Positions 1 to 7,526 of a stretch of DNA of 25,807 bases are shown piece after piece (positions within the stretch are counted from its first letter, which is position 1; each line of letters begins with the position of its first letter). The position numbers and the translations under genes are program-made. The DNA is taken from positions 1 through 25,807 of IMG/VR virus record IMGVR_UViG_3300016643_000198. The stretch is one strand, 5' to 3'. Under the pieces are notes generated by a model. That model worked only from the letters and a program-made list of their open reading frames with translations. It ran no database searches and was not told where the DNA came from. This stretch comes from a virus (taxonomy: Duplodnaviria; Caudoviricetes).

Positions 1-87
1 ATGCTGTTGGCAACGCAGGCATTTCCATTCAATCTTGTCCGGCGTCAGGTGGCGCAGACTTAAAGACTCGTGAACCAAATTAATCAT
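1..87 (-). CDS. Partial hypothetical protein with CxxC (MINLVHESLSLRHLTPDKIEWKCLRCQQH...), runs off the left edge
   Basis: ATG at 87 overlaps the TGA of the upstream gene (ATGA coupling); frame open to the window edge. Confidence 0.55.
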   Translation of the reverse strand, partial: MINLVHESLSLRHLTPDKIEWKCLRCQQH

Positions 88-404
88 GCTGCCACCCATA
101 CGACGGCCTGCCGGCCGCTGGTCGTGCGCCGCGTGCGGCCTGAGTCGCGCACTATGCCGGCGGCCTCAAGGTCCACGCGCCGGGGCCGCTGCGTCGAGCC
201 GCCCATGCCGAGCGCGGTCTGCACTTCTTCGTCGGTCGCGCCGAGCTCGCCCTGCGCTTTGATGAAAGCAAACACCTGCGCCTTGAGCGCGGCGCTCTTG
301 CCGCGGATGCGCTTGGCCGCCTCGACAGAGGTGCGGCTATGCGCCTGCGCTGGCGGCTGAAACAGCGGGCCTAGCGCCTCGATGCCTTGTCGCATCAACC
401 CCAT
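84..404 (-). CDS. Phage winged-helix DNA-binding protein (106 aa)
   Basis: GGAGGT RBS before ATG 404; 'TSVEAAKRI...QVFAFIKAQGELGATDEEVQTALGM...RPRRVDLEAAGIVRDSGRTRRTTSGRQAVVW' is a typical phage wHTH pattern. Confidence 0.75.
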   Translation of the reverse strand: MGLMRQGIEALGPLFQPPAQAHSRTSVEAAKRIRGKSAALKAQVFAFIKAQGELGATDEEVQTALGMGGSTQRPRRVDLEAAGIVRDSGRTRRTTSGRQAVVWVAA

Positions 405-419
405 CGCCACCTCCTGCAC

Positions 420-456
420 CGGGAGGGGCCAGCCGTCATGCGGCCGACCCCTCCCG
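420..456 (-). other. Intergenic GC-rich stem-loop
   Basis: GGGAGGGGCCAGCCG-TCATG-CGGCCGACCCCTCCC inverted repeat between annealase stop and next RBS; the two mismatches become G-U pairs on the minus (transcribed) strand; no U-tract. Confidence 0.6.
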
Positions 457-468
457 TCCCCCTCTCTG

Positions 469-1386
469 TCAGATCGTGAGGTCGTCCATGTCGGGCCACA
501 CGTCGGTGATCTCGCCCTCGACCACTTCGCGCAGGTCGATGATCTCATGCGCCCCGTACTTCGGTTCGGAAGCAATGACGGCCGAAACCGTGGCGCCCTC
601 GCGCAGCATCGCGCCGAACGAGTCGGACAGCGTCGAGAGCTTCACGCCTTCCTCGGTCATCGCCTTGTACGACGTGAAGGAGTACGGCTTGCCAGCCTTG
701 CTGGTGCCTTCCTTCTTGTCCGCGAAGACGCGCCGGATGGTGAACGGCCGGTAGTCAGCCTCGCTTGGGGCGTCGGCCTCGACGGCCTTCGCCTTCGGGG
801 CGGGCGTCGAGGGAGCCGGGGCCGGCGCGGGCGTTGAGGAGGTCAGGTCCGTGAGGTGTCGGACCGGAGCCCGCGCCGGCTCCCGGGTGGGCGCGGGGTT
901 GGACGCGCCACACGTTTCGAGTTCGGTTTCGTCCAGCAGCCCCAGGCCGCACACGCTCAGAACAGCGCGGCGCTTGGCCTTCGTGCTGGCTTTCATGAGG
1001 GCGTTGCAGAGGTTGTCGCCGCGCAGGCCGTCCACCGCGACCGCGCCGATCTCATCGGTCGAGCGGCCGTCGCGAGTCGTGGCACGCACGGTCACGATGC
1101 GGATCCCGGCCTCGGTCCGCTGGTCGAGGATCTCAAGCTGGATGCCGTGCTTGGCCGTCAACTGGTCGGTCGCAGCCTTCAAAGCGTACAGAACCAGCTT
1201 GCCATTGAGGTTGATGAACTGGAACGGCTGGGCTCGAGGGTCCAGCCCGGCGGCGTCGCAGCGGGCGCGGTAATACTGGAGCCGCTGCTCGGGCGAGAGC
1301 TTCTTGCAGTCGCCGTCCGAGACAAGGGAGAACAGGGTCTGGTCGTCCAGGTCGTGGCGCTCGGCCACGGCTACCTCGTTGCTCAT
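469..1386 (-). CDS. Single-strand annealing protein, Redβ/RecT-like (305 aa)
   Basis: Start MSNEVAV at 1386 overlaps the YqaJ stop; motifs 'YYRARCDAAGLDP..QPF', 'LNGKLVLYA', 'NALMKASTKAKRRAVLSVCGLG.LDETE'; Pro/Ala linker; adjacent to exonuclease. Confidence 0.8.
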   Translation of the reverse strand: MSNEVAVAERHDLDDQTLFSLVSDGDCKKLSPEQRLQYYRARCDAAGLDPRAQPFQFINLNGKLVLYALKAATDQLTAKHGIQLEILDQRTEAGIRIVTVRATTRDGRSTDEIGAVAVDGLRGDNLCNALMKASTKAKRRAVLSVCGLGLLDETELETCGASNPAPTREPARAPVRHLTDLTSSTPAPAPAPSTPAPKAKAVEADAPSEADYRPFTIRRVFADKKEGTSKAGKPYSFTSYKAMTEEGVKLSTLSDSFGAMLREGATVSAVIASEPKYGAHEIIDLREVVEGEITDVWPDMDDLTI

Positions 1387-2282
1387 GCTGCTGCTCCTTT
1401 CCACTTGGCGCTCTGGTACTTCGTGAACGAATAGGGCTGCGACTGCTTCGCCGGCACCTCGACGATGCTGCGCTTCATGCACATCCCGGTGCCCGGGATG
1501 ACGCCGACCTCGGCATCGCCCTGCCAGCCCAAAAGCTGCGCCTTGAGGGCCTTGGCCTCTTTCTCGGCCGCGGTTGCGACCTTCTCGGCCTCGCGCATCG
1601 CCGCGTAGATCGTCGCGGCCTCGCTGGGCAGCGAGATGATCTTGCGCTCGACCGCCGGGACCATCCGCGAGTAGACCTTGATGTCTTGCTCGGAAACCGG
1701 CGGCGGCGTCGCGCCCTGAATGACGTACCGCTCCCAAAACTCGGCGAGCTCGGAGAGGATGCGCTCCTCGGCCGAGGCCACGCGCTCGACCCGGGGGCAG
1801 ACGTAATCGCTGCCGGCGACCAGCGTCGGGAAATCGTCCCACGGCGCGTCGGCGACGATCATCTCGACCGCTGCCTGCACCTGGTAGTAAATCGGCGGCT
1901 GCCCGTCGTGCCAACCGCTGGTGCTGCTGGTGGCCTTGGCTTGGGCGAGCCCGACCAGCGTGCCTGCGTCGTCGCGAACAAACGCATCGGGCGTCGCGGC
2001 CAAGAAGGGCACCCTGTCGGCGACGTACAACTGGTCGTTCGGGTGGACCTTGTGGTCGCAATCGTCCTGGTAGCGGCGCAGGATGGCGGGCTCGAGGAGC
2101 CGGCCAAGCCGCATGCGCTCGGTCTCCTCGACCGGCAGGCCCATGCCGCGCTTGTCTGCCCAGACCTCCATGCGCGAGCGCCACGGGCTCATGCCGAGGA
2201 CCGCGGCCGCGTCACTAGCCGTGATGTATCCGGTGCGGGCCTTGAGCCACGCCTCGCGGGTGCTGGTGGCGACGGGGATCAT
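1383..2282 (-). CDS. YqaJ-like viral recombinase / lambda-exonuclease family protein
   Basis: 'WLKARTGYITASDAAAVLGMSPW', 'MRLGRLLEPAI', 'FLAATPDA', 'AQAKAT', 'YYQVQ' match YqaJ motifs. Confidence 0.9.
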   Translation of the reverse strand: MIPVATSTREAWLKARTGYITASDAAAVLGMSPWRSRMEVWADKRGMGLPVEETERMRLGRLLEPAILRRYQDDCDHKVHPNDQLYVADRVPFLAATPDAFVRDDAGTLVGLAQAKATSSTSGWHDGQPPIYYQVQAAVEMIVADAPWDDFPTLVAGSDYVCPRVERVASAEERILSELAEFWERYVIQGATPPPVSEQDIKVYSRMVPAVERKIISLPSEAATIYAAMREAEKVATAAEKEAKALKAQLLGWQGDAEVGVIPGTGMCMKRSIVEVPAKQSQPYSFTKYQSAKWKGAAA

Positions 2283-2446
2283 CGCAGCACCATCGACGCG
2301 AGCGTCAGGAGGCCGGCCAAGAAGCCGGCAAACGTCGCGCCCATCATGTGGTATGCGTCGTAGCGGGGCGCAGGCGCCGGCTGCTCAACCGGCACCCACC
2401 AGCCATCGACCTGCACGAACCGCACCGTCGAGTCGCGGCGGCTCAC
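2279..2446 (-). CDS. Small membrane protein (55 aa)
   Basis: GTG start overlapping the upstream TGA; C-terminal hydrophobic helix MMGATFAGFLAGLLTLASMVLR; stop overlaps the YqaJ ATG. Confidence 0.6.
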   Translation of the reverse strand: MSRRDSTVRFVQVDGWWVPVEQPAPAPRYDAYHMMGATFAGFLAGLLTLASMVLR

Positions 2447-2658
2447 GACGCCACCTGCGAGGTCGGCTGGAGCGTGTGGAAGTCGATCTCCTGCGCCGCC
2501 GGCTGCTCGTCCAGCCCGAGCGCCCGAAGCACCTGCGCGTTGATTCGGTCGAGTTGCTCGAGCAACTCGCGGGCGTCCGACGAGACGTAGTTCTTCTCCG
2601 CGTACCGGCCCTTGAGCTCGGCCATCGCAAGCGCCCACCTGATCATTTCTTTGTTCAT
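2443..2658 (-). CDS. Hypothetical protein (71 aa)
   Basis: AAGGAG RBS; first gene of the leftward operon; coupled to the next ORF. Confidence 0.7.
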   Translation of the reverse strand: MNKEMIRWALAMAELKGRYAEKNYVSSDARELLEQLDRINAQVLRALGLDEQPAAQEIDFHTLQPTSQVAS

Positions 2659-2721
2659 CGCGTTCTCCTTAGAAGGCCCGACATGGGCCTCGTCCGTTGC
2701 TGTCGGGTCGCTTACACGACC

Positions 2722-2740
2722 GTCTTGTCCAGTTCAAGAC
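2722..2740. promoter_or_regulatory. Palindromic operator-like site GTCTTG-N7-CAAGAC
   Basis: 6-bp inverted repeat upstream of the leftward operon; CTTG-N7-CAAG core recurs at 3036-3050 and 3099-3113. Confidence 0.6.
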
Positions 2741-2749
2741 TGACGGCAG

Positions 2750-2784
2750 AAAAAAAGACGCCGGCCCCCGAAGAGGCCGGCGCC
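2750..2784 (-). terminator. Rho-independent terminator downstream of the RHH gene
   Basis: Minus strand reads GGCGCCGGCCTC-TTCG-GGGGCCGGCGTC-TTTTTTT. Confidence 0.9.
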
Positions 2785-2813
2785 AAGCCGCCGGCAAGGA
2801 GCCAGCAACGGAC

Positions 2814-3008
2814 CTACCCGGCAGCTTTGCGTTTGGGGGCCGCGGTGGCCTGCTCGTAGGCGTCCACTACGATCTCGCGGATCACCCATGCCAAAGATCG
2901 CCGTTCGGCATCGGCGACTTCATGCAGCCACTCATCGACTTTGCCCGGGAACTGGACGAACCGTGGCTGGTTCAGTTCGTCCGGGCCATTTCCCCATTTC
3001 CTCGGCAT
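2814..3008 (-). CDS. Ribbon-helix-helix (CopG/Arc-like) regulator
   Basis: 'RFVQFPGKVDEWLHEVADAERRSLAWVIREIVVDAY' strand-helix-helix pattern; AAGGA RBS favours ATG 3008 (alternative 3014); followed by its own terminator. Confidence 0.8.
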   Translation of the reverse strand: MPRKWGNGPDELNQPRFVQFPGKVDEWLHEVADAERRSLAWVIREIVVDAYEQATAAPKRKAAG

Positions 3009-3031
3009 AGGCATTCCTTTCGCCTACCGAA

Positions 3032-3129
3032 CCCGCTTGTATTGTGCAAGACGGGGTAGTATGGCGAGCGCAGGCCCGCCCGCTGTTTTGGCCCCCCGCT
3101 TGAATCGTCCAAGACGGGGTAGTATGGCG
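3032..3129 (+). repeat. Two 35-bp direct repeats (3032-3066, 3095-3129), each with CTTG-N7-CAAG and a TAGTAT -10-like box
   Basis: CCCGCTTGtATtGTgCAAGACGGGGTAGTATGGCG vs CCCGCTTGaATcGTcCAAGACGGGGTAGTATGGCG; 3 mismatches, 63-bp period. Confidence 0.9.
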
Positions 3130-3206
3130 GCTGCATGGGCACCCGCCGCGTTGCTTTGGGGGGAGAAGAGTCGGTACTTGACCGGCCACGTTTCACCCCC
3201 GACCCA

Positions 3207-4121
3207 ATGCAGCAGTTGCCCCTGTTCGAGGAGGCCGCTCCGGCGACCTTCGGTCGCTACGCGCTCGCGTGGCACTCGAGGTATTGCTCGCCGCCCTGGG
3301 TGACGGCCTACACGTCGAAGGTGCGCCTGGGCGTGCTGCGGGCGCAGGTGCTGCCGGCGCTGGGGCACCTGCGGATCGAGGACGTGACCGTAGCCGAGCT
3401 CGAGCGCGTTCAGCGCGACATGATGCAGCGCATGAAGCCTGCGTCGGTCAGCCACACCTTCCGCTCGGCCATCGGGCCCGTGCTGAAGCAGGCCGTCGTG
3501 GACGGGCTCATCCCGGCGCACCCCATGCGGGCGCTGCGTTGGCCGCGGGTCGATCCGCCCAAGCCTGACCCGTACAGCGACGCCGAGGTGGACCTGTTGC
3601 TCAAGTGGTTTCGCTGGCACGCGCCGCAGTTCGAGGTGGCCGTGGCTCTGGTCATGCTGGCCGGCCTGCGCCCGAGCGAAGCGTGCGGCCTCAAGTGGGG
3701 CGACATCGACAAGAACAGCGTCCTGATCGAGCGGGCAGTCGTGGACGGGCAGGTGACCAGTACGAAGACCAAGCGCAGCATCCGCAAGATCGGCGTCAGC
3801 AAGCGGCTGGGCGCCATCCTGCGCCGCCGGCGTGGGCAGGCAGACGAGTGGGTGTGCCTGCACCGGGGCCGGCTGGTCAGGACGCAGGCGCTGGGCTGCT
3901 ACTGGATGCGCCGGGCCTGCGAGGATGTCGGCGTGCGGCACCGTGGGCTCTACGCGGGCCGCCGGCACGCCATCTCGGCTGCGATCTCCGACGGCGCCGA
4001 GATCGGGCACGTCGCGGCCTACTGCGGCACCTCGATCACGAGGATCGAGCGGCACTACTACCGCTACCTGGGGGCCCTCAGCGACCCCCGGGAGGCTGCG
4101 AGAAGGAAGCATACGGCATAG
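3207..4121 (+). CDS. int: Tyrosine recombinase / phage integrase (start 3207 or 3135)
   Basis: Core-binding domain ('VLPALGHLRIEDVT'); catalytic R in 'AGLRPSEACGLKWGDID'; K in 'TKT'; 'LYAGRRHA'; 'CGTS...IERHYY'. Confidence 0.9.
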   Translation: MQQLPLFEEAAPATFGRYALAWHSRYCSPPWVTAYTSKVRLGVLRAQVLPALGHLRIEDVTVAELERVQRDMMQRMKPASVSHTFRSAIGPVLKQAVVDGLIPAHPMRALRWPRVDPPKPDPYSDAEVDLLLKWFRWHAPQFEVAVALVMLAGLRPSEACGLKWGDIDKNSVLIERAVVDGQVTSTKTKRSIRKIGVSKRLGAILRRRRGQADEWVCLHRGRLVRTQALGCYWMRRACEDVGVRHRGLYAGRRHAISAAISDGAEIGHVAAYCGTSITRIERHYYRYLGALSDPREAARRKHTA

Positions 4122-4130
4122 GGGCTAGCA

Positions 4131-4174
4131 GGATTCCATTCGGTCTGGATGCACTAGAGCGCCGGGTGGAATCC
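4131..4174 (+). other. Stem-loop in the 5' leader of the replication gene
   Basis: GGATTCCATTCGG pairs with CCGGGTGGAATCC (G-U allowed), with an inner TCTGG/CTAGA stem. Confidence 0.6.
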
Positions 4175-4214
4175 CCAGCAGATCCGCGGGTTTCAGCGCG
4201 GGGATGGGGGATCG

Positions 4215-4862
4215 ATGGGGAGCAAGTCGAGGTGGTGGATCCCGCTCCGGTTCGGGCAGTTGCACGCCGATCCTGACTTCCGGCGGCTCGGGGACGCGGA
4301 TCGCTGGAAGGTGGTCGAGGCGCTCTGCGACTGCTGGTTCATCGGCAGCATCGACATGCGCCCCGAGGGCGTAAGCGACGAGGTCTGGGCCGTCGTGACG
4401 CGCCTCTGGCCGTCCTACGAGGCGGACATGGCGAAGAGCGCCGAGGTCTCGGAGCGCCGCCGGAAGGCTGCTGAACGCCGATGGGATGCACATGCAAAGC
4501 AGAAGCAATGCAAAGCAGATGCAAAGCAGATGCAAACCGATGCCAATAACAATACAGTCATCAATACAGTCATCAAAACAGGGACAAGAACACGCACACC
4601 TAGCGGTGTGCGAGGCAGGCGTGCCCCTTCGGGGTTCACGCCCGACCAGAGCCACCGGGCGATAGCCGCCGAGCGCGGGATCGACCTGGACGCCGAGCTT
4701 GCCCGGTTTGCCGATCACGAATTCGCGACGGCCAAGTCCGACTGGTCGGCGACGTTCCGCAACTGGCTGCGTCGCGCCCAGCCGACCGCCCTTTCGCGCC
4801 CGGGCACCCGGCCGCATACGACCGACGTGCGCCTGCATGCGTTTCTCGCGGAGGCGCTATGA
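4215..4862 (+). CDS. Phage replication initiator (replisome organiser) with DnaT-like C-terminal domain
   Basis: 'SERRRKAAERRW' followed by a repeat-encoded linker; C-terminus 'PSGFTPD...ELARFADH...KSDWSATFRNWLRRA'; followed by a helicase-loader gene. Confidence 0.85.
   Translation: MGSKSRWWIPLRFGQLHADPDFRRLGDADRWKVVEALCDCWFIGSIDMRPEGVSDEVWAVVTRLWPSYEADMAKSAEVSERRRKAAERRWDAHAKQKQCKADAKQMQTDANNNTVINTVIKTGTRTRTPSGVRGRRAPSGFTPDQSHRAIAAERGIDLDAELARFADHEFATAKSDWSATFRNWLRRAQPTALSRPGTRPHTTDVRLHAFLAEAL
4492..4581 (+). repeat. Iteron-like repeats / probable replication origin inside the initiator gene
   Basis: ATGCAAAGCAG at 4492, 4508, 4519 plus a variant at 4530; then AT-rich CAATACAGTCAT x2 (4550, 4562). 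Confidence 0.75.
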
Positions 4863-5266
4863 CCGAGCTTGAGGCCCGCAAGGTCGTTGCCTACTGCGCC
4901 GCGGCCTACCCCGGCCCGCCGTGGAGCGAGGTGTCCCTTCGCCTCTGGGCCGAGGCGCTCGGCGACCTCCCTTTCGACGCGGCGATGGCCGGCGCTCGCG
5001 AGATGGTGCGCGACAAGCCGAACTTCCCTTCCGTCGCCGACGTGCGAAGCGGCGCCGCCCGCTACCAGTCCCGGCAAGACGTGGAGCGAGGGCGCCGGCT
5101 ACTGCTCGCCGAGTCCGCCCCTTCGGTCGAGGAGCGGGTGGAGGCCGAGCGGGCGCTTTCCGAGATGATCGAGACGCTGAATCGGAACTTGGCAGCGAAG
5201 GGTTTGAAACCGGCCCCTAGAACGGCCGGAAACCGGCCTAGGAGCCACGATTACGGGGAGGCCTAG
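4859..5266 (+). CDS. Replicative helicase loader/inhibitor, SPP1 G39P-like
   Basis: 'MT..EARKVVAYCAAAYP...LWAEALGDLPFD.A...AR.......FPSVADVR' pattern; ATGA overlap with the initiator. Confidence 0.8.
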   Translation: MTELEARKVVAYCAAAYPGPPWSEVSLRLWAEALGDLPFDAAMAGAREMVRDKPNFPSVADVRSGAARYQSRQDVERGRRLLLAESAPSVEERVEAERALSEMIETLNRNLAAKGLKPAPRTAGNRPRSHDYGEA

Positions 5267-5688
5267 GGTACCCCCTCACCTTGCCCCTTCCGCGCTAGGA
5301 AACGGGCGCGGCGAGCCGCTCGAGCGATCTCGGCGGACGCCCGGGCTTTCTCCCTTTCCTCGGGCGAGTGCGTCCCTTTCGGGTGCCCCCCCTTTCGCCC
5401 GTTGCAGCGGGCGCACATAAGCCGGCCGCTGCACGTCGGGCACGCCAGGTCGCGAGGCTCGAGCCCGTAGTACCGCTCGATGATTGAGACGACCCGGGTC
5501 AGGACGAGCTTCCACGCAAGCGGGCGCTTGTCGGCGAGCAACGGCGTCGCAGGCTTGCCCCTTTCGATTTCGCGCAAGGCCGCCAGGAGCTCGCCATCGG
5601 CCCCGGCTCGGGCGGCGCCCTCGATCCCGTCTAGCAGGATCGAGAGCGCCTCCGCGAGCTCGGGGTAGCGTAGGTGAGCGAGCTTCAC
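5263..5688 (-). CDS. Hypothetical protein with C4 zinc finger and basic tail (141 aa)
   Basis: GTG start overlapping the upstream TGA; 'CPTCSGRLMCARCNGRKGG'; converges on the G39P-like gene. Confidence 0.65.
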   Translation of the reverse strand: MKLAHLRYPELAEALSILLDGIEGAARAGADGELLAALREIERGKPATPLLADKRPLAWKLVLTRVVSIIERYYGLEPRDLACPTCSGRLMCARCNGRKGGHPKGTHSPEEREKARASAEIARAARRARFLARKGQGEGVP

Positions 5689-5942
5689 GGCTTTCGGCCG
5701 TCGCAATCGGCGAGCATCGCCCGAAGCTGCGAACGGGCGGAATCGCGCACGGCTTCGGCTTCGTCGCCATACGGGGTGAATACCCAAGCCCGTTCATCAG
5801 CCCCTTCGGGCAAGTCAATCTCGGCAAGGCATTGCTTGATTGCATCGCGGCGCGTCAACCCGTCTTCCGATTGGGCAGCGGTGACGGATTGCTGGGCAAG
5901 CTGGATGCCTTCGTCGGTCGGATCGTACTGGCAGGTCGTCAT
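5685..5942 (-). CDS. Acidic hypothetical protein (85 aa)
   Basis: AAGGGGG RBS before ATG 5942 (MTTCQYDPTDEG...); coupled to the next gene. Confidence 0.65.
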   Translation of the reverse strand: MTTCQYDPTDEGIQLAQQSVTAAQSEDGLTRRDAIKQCLAEIDLPEGADERAWVFTPYGDEAEAVRDSARSQLRAMLADCDGRKP

Positions 5943-6059
5943 GGTTTCCCCCTTCTGCCCGGGCATGCTAGCCCCGGGGTTAGCCCCTTCGGCCGATGGT
6001 TTCCCCGGCCTAGGGGTTAGGGGCGGGATCGGGCTCCTACCCGTCCCGCCCCGCGCGTT

Positions 6060-6536
6060 TTAGACAAACCAGCGGGTAACGGCCTCTTGGGCCCGTGCGT
6101 TGGTCGCAAGGTTGCGGGCTTCGCGGACGATGGCGTTCCGATTCGGCTCGCCGCCCGCCGCGTGGATCTGGTCAAACGTGGTCTGCCAGATGGCATCGGT
6201 AACAGCGCGGGAGACCGCCCCAAACACCTCGGTCGGGTAGTACTGCCCGGGGGTGTAGTCCCAGCCCGTCGCCGCGTCCCACGTTAGGCGCGTTGTCGGG
6301 ACCGATCCCGGGTCGATGCCAGCGGTCTCCGCGATTTGAATCATTTCGCGGGCTTCAACCCGGTCCCGGTCAATTCGCTTGCGGTCCGCTCGGTAAGAGG
6401 CCGCGTCGGAGTAATTCGCGCCGTCGAGGCGGATTCGCTGGCCTACGAATGCCCGAAGGCTGTCCCAAGTCGGGGCGTGCGAGAATCGGAGCATGTAGCC
6501 TTGGCGGGGGTGCTTAAACCACCGGTGGCGATTCAT
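6060..6536 (-). CDS. Hypothetical protein, paralog B of the 'GWDY..GQYYP.E' family (158 aa)
   Basis: GAGGT RBS, ATGA overlap with paralog A; shares long motifs with 6533-7072. Confidence 0.8.
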   Translation of the reverse strand: MNRHRWFKHPRQGYMLRFSHAPTWDSLRAFVGQRIRLDGANYSDAASYRADRKRIDRDRVEAREMIQIAETAGIDPGSVPTTRLTWDAATGWDYTPGQYYPTEVFGAVSRAVTDAIWQTTFDQIHAAGGEPNRNAIVREARNLATNARAQEAVTRWFV

Positions 6537-7072
6537 CGGAACCACCTCGCGAGCCGGCGCGAGCCGGGCCCGCCGCATGCCGCGATGTATGCGGAAATGG
6601 ACTCGAAAAGGCCCGCGCATGGATTTTCGACGGCGCGGCCGGTGGCGGTATCAATCGGGGGATTGGCAAGCGCCTTTTCCCGGTGGTGGTCGATAATCGC
6701 GCCGGATACCGCTTGCGCGACGGCGCCGCATACCTCGACCGGGTAGTATTGACCAGCGCAGTAATCCCACCCGTGCGAGTCGTTCCAGGTGAGGCGCGAC
6801 AATTGATGCGCGACCGCGGCCGGCTCGACGCCCCAAACCTGAGCCCAACGGATCAATTCCCGAGCGTCGGCCCGATCCCGCTCGATCCGGCGCCGGTCGG
6901 CACGATAGGCATCGGGGGCGCCGCGGTAATTATCGGTTTCGAGCCTAGTTCCGCGGACCAAGAAAGCCGAAAGGTTGTCCCATGTCGGGGCACCGGCGCG
7001 GGGCGCCGGAACTACTGCGACCCCGTTAAACACCCCAAACTCCCAATCTGGCTTGACGTTCGGAATTTTCAT
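6533..7072 (-). CDS. Hypothetical protein, paralog A of the 'GWDY..GQYYP.E' family (179 aa)
   Basis: AGGAG RBS before ATG 7072; aligns by eye with 6060-6536. Confidence 0.8.
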   Translation of the reverse strand: MKIPNVKPDWEFGVFNGVAVVPAPRAGAPTWDNLSAFLVRGTRLETDNYRGAPDAYRADRRRIERDRADARELIRWAQVWGVEPAAVAHQLSRLTWNDSHGWDYCAGQYYPVEVCGAVAQAVSGAIIDHHREKALANPPIDTATGRAVENPCAGLFESISAYIAACGGPGSRRLARWFR

Positions 7073-7187
7073 CGCGCGATCTCCTATGGGCCCGCCTGGT
7101 GACGGGGGTTCCGGCCGCGGGATGCGAGCCGGTGAGCCTAAGCGACTCACAAGGGGCCCCCCGTCTAGGGGGCCCCGGGTGAATGGC

Positions 7188-7526
7188 CTAGCGGTAGCGG
7201 GACCAGGGAAGCCGGCGCCGCGCTAAGACCAGGCGAACTAACTTTGCCCAGTGTTTCGCGGCCCTCGGCGAATCGGCGAAATGGTAGGAAAGCCGAGTTT
7301 CGGCGCCGGTCCTATAGTCCGGCTCCGAGTCGAGTTCAGTGAACCAAACGTGAGAACCGTCGTCCGCATCATCAAGAAACGATTGTGATGGTTCGCAATC
7401 GGCTACCAGGCGGTACAATTCCCGAAAGCCATAGTCGCGTCCGGTTTCCCGAAATCCGGCATCCTCGAATTCCCCTTCTGCCGCCGACTCGGGCGTTATG
7501 GTTTCATATGTAACGTTGATTTTCAT
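7188..7526 (-). CDS. Acidic phage hypothetical protein (112 aa)
   Basis: 'VTYETITPESAAEGEFEDAGF...DYRTGAETRLSYH'; ATGA overlap with the upstream gene. Confidence 0.75.
   Translation of the reverse strand: MKINVTYETITPESAAEGEFEDAGFRETGRDYGFRELYRLVADCEPSQSFLDDADDGSHVWFTELDSEPDYRTGAETRLSYHFADSPRAAKHWAKLVRLVLARRRLPWSRYR

Noticed and set aside
1387-2184. N-terminal 266 aa of the 571-aa ORF 469..2184
   Set aside because: Overlaps YqaJ in another frame with R/G/A-rich junk; real annealase starts at ATG 1386 coupled to the YqaJ stop
3032-3129. Mini CRISPR array (35-bp repeats with a 28-bp spacer)
   Set aside because: Only two imperfect copies, no cas genes, and the core recurs inverted at 2720-2738 like an operator
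3024-4112. 362-aa minus-strand ORF
   Set aside because: Antisense to the clearly recognisable tyrosine recombinase
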